DNA from: an uncultured virus (IMG/VR IMGVR_UViG_3300038461_000154)
Lineage: Duplodnaviria > Heunggongvirae > Uroviricota > Caudoviricetes
IMG/VR virus record: IMGVR_UViG_3300038461_000154
DNA: 20,000 nucleotides
Strand: one strand, 5' to 3'
Below, piece by piece: positions 7,488 through 16,084 of this stretch. The notes under the pieces were generated by a model, which saw only the letters and a list, made by a program, of their open reading frames with translations, had not been told where the DNA came from and did not search any database. Numbering within the stretch: the stretch's first letter is position 1; the number at the start of each line of letters is the position of its first letter. A program made the position numbers and the translations under genes.

Positions 7488-8132
7488 CTATTTATTTTGT
7501 AGACTGAGAGATTCAGTCTCACTAATAACACCAGCGCCTTCCTTATAGCGAACATGCTCTGCTTTTTCGATTTTGAAAAGCCCGTATCTCGGACGCCAAT
7601 CGCTCAAGCCGATGAATCTTCCTGCGTTCTTTGCCGCTTCAAGAATTTGGTTGAATTCTATGACATCCGGCAAGAAGTTAATGGTCAACGTGGCAGACCA
7701 CGAATGGAAAATTGGACGAGTACGCATAATTCTAGAACGATTGATGACAACACCAGTCGTCAAACGGAAATTAAGGTTCTCGAAAAGTTGTTTGGAATTC
7801 TTTGGACCTTCATACTCCAAAAGAGTATCTTCACAAAGAATGCCGGTTGTGGCTTGAACACCTAGACGATTTCTTTTCGCGCCTGCCACAATCATTGCCT
7901 GAATGTTATCATCAGGCCAGATTACTTGGCTCTTTTCATTCAAGTACAACGAACCTTCATGTTCGATTCGCGCCATATCTTCATGGTCTTTGTCTGTCTT
8001 CTTTCTCTTTGATGTTATTTCCTTGAGTTTCTTTGAGTAAACATCAAGAGGATTTGCCAAGCGCCCGTTGTGTTGAATGGTAGGTGTCATGCCCGTGATG
8101 CGAATGATGGCCATATCGTAGCCCGGTATCAT
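7488..8132 (-). CDS. stand-alone RAMP/Cas7-like RNA-binding protein (Vipr-like effector)
   Basis: N-terminal strand IRITGMTPTIQHN; IWPDDNIQAMIVAGA helix; thumb-like hairpin VVINRSRIMRTRPIFHSWSATLTINF; C-terminal Gly-loop AGRFIGLSDWRPRYGLF. Start is ATG 8132 after AAAGGAGG (214 aa). Confidence 0.8.
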   Translation of the reverse strand: MIPGYDMAIIRITGMTPTIQHNGRLANPLDVYSKKLKEITSKRKKTDKDHEDMARIEHEGSLYLNEKSQVIWPDDNIQAMIVAGAKRNRLGVQATTGILCEDTLLEYEGPKNSKQLFENLNFRLTTGVVINRSRIMRTRPIFHSWSATLTINFLPDVIEFNQILEAAKNAGRFIGLSDWRPRYGLFKIEKAEHVRYKEGAGVISETESLSLQNK

Positions 8133-8160
8133 CTTCTTCCTCCTTTTTGAGAGAAAACGA

Positions 8161-8205
8161 ACCTCTCCCTTGCCTTGCCTTCGGTTGCCTTCCAAGTCCC
8201 ATTCT
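8161..8205 (-). repeat. short pentamer tract in the 5' leader of the RAMP gene
   Basis: Minus strand GGA-CTT GGA-AG GCA-AC CGA-AG GCA-AG GCA-AG GGA-GA GGT, between the -10 box and the ribosome-binding site. Confidence 0.75.
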
Positions 8206-8208
8206 GCG

Positions 8209-8215
8209 ATTATAC
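8209..8215 (-). promoter_or_regulatory. -10 box (GTATAAT) of the RAMP operon
   Basis: Perfect TATAAT in the intergenic region. The same GTATAAT occurs before other operon starts at 10973-10979 (-), 15047-15053 (-) and 5463-5469 (+). Confidence 0.6.
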
Positions 8216-8297
8216 AGAGAAGCCCTATATGCTTTTGAGAAAAAATTTTCTATTTTGTGATTGTGAGCAGAAGCTTTTCCGGTTTCTGCAATTGAGA

Positions 8298-9272
8298 TTA
8301 TTTATTGTCGTATGAGTATTCGAATTCGGCAAATGGAGAATACACCTTGTCGTTTCCCATATTCATATAACATCTTACGCGATACCGCCACGACATTCCA
8401 CTGTCATCAATAAAGGAAGTTTGTTTTGTACAATCAATCACAGAAAAATCTCCCGCCGTTAAAGGAGCACGTTGGACTTCATATTTTTCTGCGTGTGTTG
8501 AATTATTTTGCCACATCAGTTTTATTTGGTTTTCTGAAAGTACCGCAACGTTTAGACTACTAGGTGCTTGAAGTAATGTTGTAATGTTTGTTTGTATTGA
8601 AGGCGACAAATTGTTTCTATAAAAAGCCACAACACAATATGAATATGTTGTTCCTTCAAGAGTAGTTGTGTCTGTAAAACTACAACGAGTAATGGTAGCC
8701 AACAATACAGCAGGTTGATTGCCTTCGCTTCTGAAAATTCTAAAAGCTTCTGTTCGTTTGTCTGTTTTTTCCCACTGTAAGATTACTTTTTTAAACATAA
8801 CCGTAGCAGTAAAATTGGTTGGTGCAGATAATAGTTCGCCGTCAACAATTCTCGTATTGCTTACCGCATAAATTGATTCTTCTTCCCCTGCCGTAGCTTT
8901 AATACGATATTGATAAATATTACCTATAATAACCGTTTCATCTTTCCATGTGATAGCTTTGGCAGCAGCATTACCAGCTTTCTTAAAATCCCCATCATTA
9001 ACCTTTTTTTCAATAGTAAAAGACCACAAAGTATTTGACCTGTTTTTCCAAGATAATTCTATAGTATGGTCAGATACTTGCCTGATTTTTACATGACTCG
9101 GTTCCACCAGTGTTTCGTTTATCCCAACATATTCTTCGTGGATAGGTTGCTTGCTAATTTCTACATCGTTCGGCTCTGCAATTTTTTCATGCGTTTTTGC
9201 GCACGTATTAGAATTTTTTCTACCAAAACGAACACCATTTAATACCATGACTTTATCCTTAAATATAATCAA
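8298..9272 (-). CDS. fibronectin type III repeat protein (about 3 domains)
   Basis: Repeated P..L.......I.L.W.......F.I.R.....(F/W).D......Y.Y.V.A......S pattern. Confidence 0.85.
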   Translation of the reverse strand: MIIFKDKVMVLNGVRFGRKNSNTCAKTHEKIAEPNDVEISKQPIHEEYVGINETLVEPSHVKIRQVSDHTIELSWKNRSNTLWSFTIEKKVNDGDFKKAGNAAAKAITWKDETVIIGNIYQYRIKATAGEEESIYAVSNTRIVDGELLSAPTNFTATVMFKKVILQWEKTDKRTEAFRIFRSEGNQPAVLLATITRCSFTDTTTLEGTTYSYCVVAFYRNNLSPSIQTNITTLLQAPSSLNVAVLSENQIKLMWQNNSTHAEKYEVQRAPLTAGDFSVIDCTKQTSFIDDSGMSWRYRVRCYMNMGNDKVYSPFAEFEYSYDNK

Positions 9273-9936
9273 TTTTTGTAAGGCTATCCACAGTTCCAGA
9301 GTGCGTAATCATGTTAATACCTATCCTTGATAGCTCGGCAGCAACGTATGGTGGAAACTTTTCTGCTATTACTGTTCCCACTACTATATCATACAATCCA
9401 AGGCACATGTTCAATTCTAAAGCTAAAACATATTTATCAATTTGGCTCACAACACTGCTTGGTGCTTCACCCATTTTTACTTCGACAGCACGAATGATAC
9501 GGTTGTCTCTCGCCAAAATATCGCATCGGCCAAACTCTCTCATTTCTTCTTCACGCCCAACTAAAGCAGTTGGGCTGGCTTGTAAAATATACAAAAGCTT
9601 TGTCTTTTGTCTAACCAATTCTTTACAAAACTCCAATTCAGGCCCGCTCTTTTGAACAGGCGCAAAGTTCTGTTCAAAAATTGGCGTCTGATACCCTTCT
9701 CCATAAAGACGGCCAAACAGATTTTGTTCAATGCGTCGTTGGATAGTTTTGAATCTCTCGAAATGGATTGGGTGCAATTCAGATAAAATTTCTCGCTCGG
9801 TATAAGTATTAAGCATTCCTAAAAATTTCTTTGCTTCATCACGCCTGTTGCGTAAGAAAGATGTATGAAGACGCCAATAAATTGCATCTAAAATACCTCT
9901 TGGTCTTTTTAGAATCGCCTTTTTAGGAGTTAACAT
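9259..9936 (-). CDS. PD-(D/E)XK nuclease resembling the NucS/EndoMS C-terminal domain
   Basis: GREE..EFGRCDILARD....AVEVKMGEA...VVSQIDKYV: D...ExK core plus QxxxY motif. Confidence 0.75.
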   Translation of the reverse strand: MLTPKKAILKRPRGILDAIYWRLHTSFLRNRRDEAKKFLGMLNTYTEREILSELHPIHFERFKTIQRRIEQNLFGRLYGEGYQTPIFEQNFAPVQKSGPELEFCKELVRQKTKLLYILQASPTALVGREEEMREFGRCDILARDNRIIRAVEVKMGEAPSSVVSQIDKYVLALELNMCLGLYDIVVGTVIAEKFPPYVAAELSRIGINMITHSGTVDSLTKIDYI

Positions 9937-10486
9937 TGATATACTCGCTAAAAGTGTATATTTTTATGTCTTGAAAACCACTTGGTAGAATACCTTTATT
10001 AAATGCTTTTTTTAAATTACAATTAAAACACAACAATTGATAACGTTCTTTAGGATATTTTAAAATTTTCAATTTGCGATAAAAACCTGCACCATGACGT
10101 GAACCAGCTTTCGCTTTTTCACGCTCCGCTTTACCATCATTAAAAGTATGGTCAACGGTCAATTTATCGGAATCGCGCTCTCCACAACAAATACACTGAC
10201 TCCCATAAGCTTTTATAGCTTCAATTTTCAATCCTTGTTGATATTTTTTGGCTAATTTTTTGAATACATCACTGTTTCGCTTGTAGCGAAGTTTCGATTT
10301 TTTTAAACTTTTTTGATGATTTGAATAATATTTTTTCATTACAAATTTATTATGACATTTAGCACAACGCGAGGATACGCCGTATTTGCCCGTCTTATGT
10401 TTATAAAAATCGCTTATTGGTTTACTTATATGACATATTGTACAAGTTTTTATATTCATTTGTGGAAGCTCCAATACGTTCCACAA
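9923..10486 (-). CDS. HNH homing-endonuclease-like protein with N-terminal zinc finger
   Basis: KTCTICHISKPISDFY...CAKCH finger; CICCGE...LTVDH...YQLLCFNCNLKK nuclease domain. True start may be the MNIK methionine. Confidence 0.85.
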   Translation of the reverse strand: MWNVLELPQMNIKTCTICHISKPISDFYKHKTGKYGVSSRCAKCHNKFVMKKYYSNHQKSLKKSKLRYKRNSDVFKKLAKKYQQGLKIEAIKAYGSQCICCGERDSDKLTVDHTFNDGKAEREKAKAGSRHGAGFYRKLKILKYPKERYQLLCFNCNLKKAFNKGILPSGFQDIKIYTFSEYINVNS

Positions 10487-10505
10487 ATGTTAGAGTATAG
10501 AAAAA

Positions 10506-10748
10506 TTATGAAGGTTGATTGCTATCTTGTTTATTTTTACGTTTCAAAAGGAATTCATATATTTCTAAAGCCATCATCGGAATACATACTGTAATCGTCA
10601 ATAATAGCATCAACATGAATACTTGATATTGTGCTGGTTGCCCGTGAAGATTAGTCGGCATCGCTACCAATGCTATTAGCTGGAAAATAATTAACAAAGC
10701 TAACCCAATATACTTCCAACGTTTTAAATTCATGGTTATTATCTGCAT
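10506..10748 (-). CDS. small two-helix membrane protein
   Basis: Two hydrophobic segments and a basic C-terminal tail. Confidence 0.6.
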   Translation of the reverse strand: MQIITMNLKRWKYIGLALLIIFQLIALVAMPTNLHGQPAQYQVFMLMLLLTITVCIPMMALEIYEFLLKRKNKQDSNQPS

Positions 10749-10948
10749 TTATGGTTAGAGAAGTGTTTTTCGCAAAGCTGTTTAAAACACTTTGGACACT
10801 GAACGATATGTTTCTTACAGATGAACCCGCCACAGAGCTTACATTTATAGCCGGTCTGTAAATTTCCTTTACTTTGGCAAATTACGCAAGTGCATGTTTG
10901 GGCGATGGAACTGCGATATTCAATTTTTTTCTTTTGATAAAATGGCAT
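10739..10948 (-). CDS. Cys/His-rich zinc-finger protein (AN1/B-box-like)
   Basis: CVIC..YKCKLCGGFICKKH..CPKCFKQLCEKH...HKC; AAGGAGAGG ribosome-binding site and TATAAT upstream. Confidence 0.75.
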   Translation of the reverse strand: MPFYQKKKIEYRSSIAQTCTCVICQSKGNLQTGYKCKLCGGFICKKHIVQCPKCFKQLCEKHFSNHKCR

Positions 10949-11002
10949 AGTACCTCTCCTTGAGCACTTCGTATTATACAGGAGCGGCGCTATGATTTGA
11001 AG

Positions 11003-11617
11003 CTATTCCTTACCAACAGAGCGAAAATATGCGTCCATTACCTGCTTCACATCGTCTGGTATTGTGTCTCCGGTTTTCTTGTATTCTATCTGCTCATCCT
11101 TCTCTTGTTCATATCGCCCACCTTCAACGCCAGTTATGGTTAAAGAAATACACTTCATTGTTTCGTTATTTTTCACCATCTTAATGCCCCTACAGTAACT
11201 AATAAGGAAATCAACATCAACACCATCAACACCAGCAGGCTTATAAAACCCTCCCGTAGACCTGTAACAGCTACCCTGATAGACAAGATTACCATTGTTG
11301 GGGTCTTTGAATCTTTCACGAGTGACTATACAGTCCTCAGTAATGTAAAACTCAATAGTGCAGTCGTCTGGAAGATTCTGCTCAGGTTTAGACGATTTCC
11401 ATACCCCCATGATGCCAAACTTCTTCATTAGCTCCTCTGGCACAGGCTTGAGACTCTTATCAGCATTTTCCGTCCACTGTTTATACTTCTTCTTTTCTTC
11501 TTTAATTCGTGTCTTTTCTTCTACAAGTTGTTTCTTTTCTGCAATTGATTTATCCCCTTCGCCAGAAAACGAATATGCAGAACATATAAGCATAATGAAC
11601 AAAAGACAGGATTTCAT
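11003..11617 (-). CDS. exported hypothetical protein
   Basis: Signal-peptide-like N-terminus MKSCLLFIMLICSAYSFS; AAAGGAG ribosome-binding site. Confidence 0.75.
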   Translation of the reverse strand: MKSCLLFIMLICSAYSFSGEGDKSIAEKKQLVEEKTRIKEEKKKYKQWTENADKSLKPVPEELMKKFGIMGVWKSSKPEQNLPDDCTIEFYITEDCIVTRERFKDPNNGNLVYQGSCYRSTGGFYKPAGVDGVDVDFLISYCRGIKMVKNNETMKCISLTITGVEGGRYEQEKDEQIEYKKTGDTIPDDVKQVMDAYFRSVGKE

Positions 11618-11694
11618 GTAGTTCTCCTTTCAGAACCAATGCCTGTTTATGTATCGTCAAATTTTGGAATAATTATTGTAAAAATTTAAAATAA

Positions 11695-12687
11695 TTATGG
11701 GGTGTAATCTAAGTACGGGCCAGAAGCTTCAGACGAGAAAATTTTTCCATGTATTGTTGCAACACTGAAAGTTGTCATTTGAAGATACGAAAGAAAAGGA
11801 ACTCCATTTATTGGGGCACTGGACCCGTTTAATCCTACGTTTCCAAGCGTATAAGCTAAATTTGTTCCACCATTCAGTTTATGGTTGGGGTCATACGGTA
11901 TGAAAGTACCAGCATCATCGCTATATTGAGAATAATAACAATATCCTACTGGACTGCGTAAACTATTCGATTTTAATAAAATTAAAACATTCTTTTTATT
12001 TGCATGTTGAATGACCTTTATATCTTGCCCAATCGGTGTGGGATTTTCACAATAACTAGGTGCCAATGGGAGCATCGTTGGACCTATTATATCAGTATAA
12101 GCATTTATAGCGTCTTTGTTGATATAGGTAGTGTTATTCTTATAACCTACAGCATATATAAAATATGCATAATACGCAGCATCATACATTCTGTCAGGGC
12201 TTGGTGGAGTAACGTTATTAGAATGAGTGTCTAGCCAATAAACATAGTTACCCTGAACAATAACATCTGCATCACCTGGAGCAACATCAATACCTGATGG
12301 TGTAGGAGGAAGCCCTGCACTCGGTCCCAAATCTGATTTCCAATCTGCACTACCAAAATCTTTACGATAACGTTTTATGTGCCACCTTACTACAGGAAAC
12401 TCAGTTAAATCAGACTGTTCCCAACTGAGCAATATGCTATTTGAGTCGGCTATTGTAGATGGCTGTGGTACTGGTTTTTCCGGTCCAGAAGGAGAAGGTC
12501 CAATTTCTGGCTTATTTGGTGCTCCGCATGGGTCATCATTGGTTGGAAAAGGTGGTTTTACTTTATCAGCAGGGTTATTTGTGTTATCTGTATGTGATTT
12601 GGGGTTGCCTGCATACGTTGGATGACCGTCCCCACCTAAATATGGTCCAGTACCAATTCCAAATCCGCCAATTCCACCAAGACCCAT
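11695..12687 (-). CDS. Gly/Pro-rich protein with degenerate FN3-like region, possibly a virion protein
   Basis: ILLSWEQ...WHIKRY...YWLD...YAYFIYAV pattern; GGAGGA before ATG 12687. Confidence 0.65.
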   Translation of the reverse strand: MGLGGIGGFGIGTGPYLGGDGHPTYAGNPKSHTDNTNNPADKVKPPFPTNDDPCGAPNKPEIGPSPSGPEKPVPQPSTIADSNSILLSWEQSDLTEFPVVRWHIKRYRKDFGSADWKSDLGPSAGLPPTPSGIDVAPGDADVIVQGNYVYWLDTHSNNVTPPSPDRMYDAAYYAYFIYAVGYKNNTTYINKDAINAYTDIIGPTMLPLAPSYCENPTPIGQDIKVIQHANKKNVLILLKSNSLRSPVGYCYYSQYSDDAGTFIPYDPNHKLNGGTNLAYTLGNVGLNGSSAPINGVPFLSYLQMTTFSVATIHGKIFSSEASGPYLDYTP

Positions 12688-12738
12688 AACGTCCTCCAAA
12701 TCTCGTAACGTGCCTATAGTTGTATTACTATAAAATTT

Positions 12739-14250
12739 TTATACTGCTTGTACCACGTTGCTATAACTATATTCGCAGTTTGAATGTGCTCGTATCCTAT
12801 AAAAACATGTACAAGAATCATTTTGCGTATCAGTACAATTGCAATGTTCTGAATCTAAACCAGCTATTGTTTCATATTTGTTTCCATCACTTGAACGCTC
12901 AACATTAAAACTATCTATTTTTCCACCGTTATAAGTCCACTGTAAAACAATCATGGTATATTCAATATAGGATGTTAATTTTGGGCTATCAATAAGCATG
13001 TCATTTTTTTGTATTATTTGGTTCGGTTTTATATCAAAAAATGTCATATGAGTATCGCTGTACTTAATTTCACTACCTTTATAAGCCTTGATACGATAAA
13101 AATAAATTGCCACAGTATCTTCCAACTTTTTATCCACGTATTCAAAATTTGCAGCAATGTTGACTCCGCTTTTCCTTGCAGAAACAGTAGCTATCCCTGT
13201 ATAACCACTATCATGGCTCGTAGACCGTTCGATTACAAATCCATCCAATGCACAACCATCATAGAACCACTCCAAATACACCATATTATTGTGTGACATA
13301 CAAGTTACTTCTGGAGTATCCATGGGCTTTGGTACTTCAGGCACAAATGTATTCACTCCAAACTCGTACCAAGCAGCATAAATCGTTTTATCATTATCAG
13401 CTTTGTATGCTCGTATGCGATAACAGTATTGCTTATTTGGTCCTGCATTTTTATCCAAATACGTTAAGGTAGTCTCCTCACCTTTGAGAACTTTTGCTAC
13501 CACTCCATAAAAACCAAGAGCACCTTCTTTCTTTTCTATCTCATAACCGTTGGCTAATTCAGAAGTGACTGCCCACTTCAATTCAACTCCGCTGTTTGGA
13601 ATTGCCTTAGCATTGACAGAAACTAATTCCTGTAAGACAGGACTAAGATTATTACTTTCATTGCTGAAGTCCGAGCACTCTGTGAATCTCTTGTTTTGGA
13701 CTTTGTATTTGTAGTCCTTGCCATATTCCACAGCGGAATCAATATAGCTAGATACTGCTGGAATAAGCGCAATTAGATGTTCATAGTCTTGTTTGTCTAC
13801 GCTACGCTCTATACACACGCTTGTTATGTTTGAAGAATTGAGTTTCCAATCCAATTTTATACCTGCCTCTTTGAATTTTGTAGCTGTCAAACCACTAGGA
13901 ACAAGTATACCGTTCATGGTTACTATTGCTGTGTTGCTGAATCCAGAAACTTGGTCATAGTAGTAAGCTTGCACTCTGTAATAATAAGTCTCACCTTCTT
14001 TCATATCAGAATCAAACCACGACATGCTCAAAAGTCTATCTTGACTTGATGAATCTACTTTTACAGGTGGCGACGTAAACTCTGTTGTTTGTGATTTGAA
14101 AACGCAAAAGCCGGTAGGATGAACTGGATACAACTTACCACCATCATATTTCCACGTAAGCTTTATCTGGCTACCACACAATCTAGCTTCCAAATTCGTT
14201 GGCTGCTTTATCCAACCCCTTGGCCTCACTTTGGAATTATTGCCAACCAT
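12739..14250 (-). CDS. fibronectin type III repeat protein (about 5 domains)
   Basis: Five repeats with IKLTW/IKLDW/VELKW/VYLEW/IVLQW, each ending in Y(Y/K/C)YR(I/V)xA-like strands. AAAGGAG before ATG 14250. Confidence 0.9.
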   Translation of the reverse strand: MVGNNSKVRPRGWIKQPTNLEARLCGSQIKLTWKYDGGKLYPVHPTGFCVFKSQTTEFTSPPVKVDSSSQDRLLSMSWFDSDMKEGETYYYRVQAYYYDQVSGFSNTAIVTMNGILVPSGLTATKFKEAGIKLDWKLNSSNITSVCIERSVDKQDYEHLIALIPAVSSYIDSAVEYGKDYKYKVQNKRFTECSDFSNESNNLSPVLQELVSVNAKAIPNSGVELKWAVTSELANGYEIEKKEGALGFYGVVAKVLKGEETTLTYLDKNAGPNKQYCYRIRAYKADNDKTIYAAWYEFGVNTFVPEVPKPMDTPEVTCMSHNNMVYLEWFYDGCALDGFVIERSTSHDSGYTGIATVSARKSGVNIAANFEYVDKKLEDTVAIYFYRIKAYKGSEIKYSDTHMTFFDIKPNQIIQKNDMLIDSPKLTSYIEYTMIVLQWTYNGGKIDSFNVERSSDGNKYETIAGLDSEHCNCTDTQNDSCTCFYRIRAHSNCEYSYSNVVQAV

Positions 14251-14296
14251 AGCCACACTCCTTTAATCTATTATGTGATGGCTTATTCAGAAAATG

Positions 14297-14719
14297 TCAG
14301 ACTTGTTGGCTGTTGGAAACAGGCAGGCTACCATCTTCTGGAGGGAACATTTTATTCCACGAAGTCTTTACAGCCTTTACCACTGTATCTTTATGTGCTT
14401 CCCATTCTTCTCGTGTACTGTGATAGTTGTAGAACTTGTGTGGGTAGACATAAAATTTACCTGCTTTGTCAGTTGAGTCTATCCGCATTTTTGAATTAAA
14501 ACTACAGGCTTCTTCACAAGCTTTATAAAAGTCATCCGGGTGCATAGAGCCGCAGAACGAACAAACTCTCTTACCGTCACGCATTTCCCAATCATCAAGA
14601 TTTTCTTTAGCTTCAAAAGATGGATGAAAGCCGTATAATCGTTCAGGGCATGTCATCATGAAAGTTTTTCCATATAGCAATACAGGGCCAGTTCTAATCA
14701 AACTGGCCCTGTATTTCAC
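14297..14719 (-). CDS. hypothetical phage protein with CxxC/H motif
   Basis: CPER...CSFCGSMHPDDF...KFY..H. Start uncertain. Confidence 0.7.
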   Translation of the reverse strand: MKYRASLIRTGPVLLYGKTFMMTCPERLYGFHPSFEAKENLDDWEMRDGKRVCSFCGSMHPDDFYKACEEACSFNSKMRIDSTDKAGKFYVYPHKFYNYHSTREEWEAHKDTVVKAVKTSWNKMFPPEDGSLPVSNSQQV

Positions 14720-14735
14720 ACCACAGGCTTATACA

Positions 14736-14999
14736 CTATTCGATTTTCTTCAAATGACCACTCACCAGCTTAGTCATTTCAAACATGTCTACCTGTTTCT
14801 TGCCGTTGAAGACTGGCTTGAGTTTTTCATCAGCAATAATGACACGCTTGTTCTTTTCGTCTTGCAGGTTGTTAGCTTTGATGTATTCCCAAAGCTTCTT
14901 GACTACTTGGGGTCTTGGAATAGGCTTATCCCCCACAACTGCCGCCAATGCTTCATCTGGTTGAAGCGGTGCCTGAAGCCCTAAACCTTTCTTTGCCAC
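14736..14999 (-). CDS. SWIB/MDM2 domain protein
   Basis: LAAVVGDKPIPRPQVVKKLWEYIKANNLQDEKNKRVIIADEKLKPVF...MFEMTKLVSGHL is a canonical bacterial SWIB sequence. AAAGGAG and TATAAT lie upstream. Confidence 0.95.
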   Translation of the reverse strand: MAKKGLGLQAPLQPDEALAAVVGDKPIPRPQVVKKLWEYIKANNLQDEKNKRVIIADEKLKPVFNGKKQVDMFEMTKLVSGHLKKIE

Positions 15000-15131
15000 A
15001 GTTTTTCTCCTTTGTGCTTATGGTTTAACAACTCAACTCAAATACTATTATACCGTTAATGACCATAAATTTTGCGTATCGTTCATAAAAATTTTATAGG
15101 CAGTCATAAAGAGAGACATGGGAGATTGTGT

Positions 15132-15734
15132 ATGAATCATAGGTTTATAGCTTCTGAACTTGTCAAAGTTGCCAATATTCTAATTGCTGATAGTGCCTTG
15201 ACTAGCAAAAAAGCTTTTGAATTTCCTAACAAAACAGAGTTAAGAAAGTATTTAGATAACCATCCCAAAGCAGATAAAAGAAATCATTGGATTAAAAATG
15301 AAAAACGCTCTGGCCCTAATGACCAAGATTCAAAAAGTACAAAATTAGAACAGGAACAAATAAAGAAACCTGCCAAAACAATCATTGTTCCTAAAGAAAA
15401 ATGGCCTAAAGGGAAAGAAGACCCAACTCAATATAGTTCTGATAAACATGCGATTATGGTTAGAAAAGACTATGACATAAAAGCTGACCCCGCTGGCTGG
15501 ATGGTGCATGAGCGTGTTCATGCTTCTGGAAATATCAAAGATGACAACAAACCATATCCAGAAAATGCTGTTGAACGTGCTGCCTATACTAAACAGTTTG
15601 AGCATTTGATTAAAAAAGGATATAAGACATTGGCAGATATACTAAAAATCAAAACAGTGGAACATAAAGCTGACCATGCCACTGTATTAACCAAATATTT
15701 TCAACAAGCTATGAAGAATATAGGTAAAAAATAA
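15132..15734 (+). CDS. HExxH zinc-metallopeptidase-like protein with amphipathic N-terminal leader
   Basis: WMVHERVHA...ENAVERAAY (HExxH plus downstream E). GGAG before ATG 15132. N-terminus MNHRFIASELVKVANILIAD. Confidence 0.6.
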   Translation: MNHRFIASELVKVANILIADSALTSKKAFEFPNKTELRKYLDNHPKADKRNHWIKNEKRSGPNDQDSKSTKLEQEQIKKPAKTIIVPKEKWPKGKEDPTQYSSDKHAIMVRKDYDIKADPAGWMVHERVHASGNIKDDNKPYPENAVERAAYTKQFEHLIKKGYKTLADILKIKTVEHKADHATVLTKYFQQAMKNIGKK

Positions 15735-15745
15735 ATTCAGATTTT

Positions 15746-16051
15746 TTATGCTTTGTGTAAATTTTCTTCAATGAGGTGATTCGCCTTTCTGTAATACTGT
15801 AAACCTTTGTCAGTAACAGCTAGGTTATCTCTTTCCCGCGTCAAACAACCAGCATATATCTCTTTATTTATAGCAATCTCAAAAGATTCCTGCGTTTCAT
15901 ATATCAATATGGCATTCTTAATTGGCAACTTTCGTTCTCTCAATTCTTTGATTGTGAAAAACAAGCGGCCTTGTTTAAGGAATAATGCAACCTTCATTGC
16001 AATCATTACAGTGCCGATGCTATCCAATAAACTTTCTTCACTCTCAGACAT
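15746..16051 (-). CDS. hypothetical protein, possibly winged-helix-like
   Basis: AGCLTRERDNLAVTDKGLQY resembles a winged-helix wing. Confidence 0.5.
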   Translation of the reverse strand: MSESEESLLDSIGTVMIAMKVALFLKQGRLFFTIKELRERKLPIKNAILIYETQESFEIAINKEIYAGCLTRERDNLAVTDKGLQYYRKANHLIEENLHKA

Positions 16052-16084
16052 AGCAATTCCTACGTTGCATTTTTATGAATCTTG

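Noticed and set aside
8133..8195. N-terminal extension MEGNRRQGKGEVRF... of the RAMP ORF
   Set aside because: It is a translation of the leader pentamer tract; the strong AAAGGAGG points to ATG 8132.
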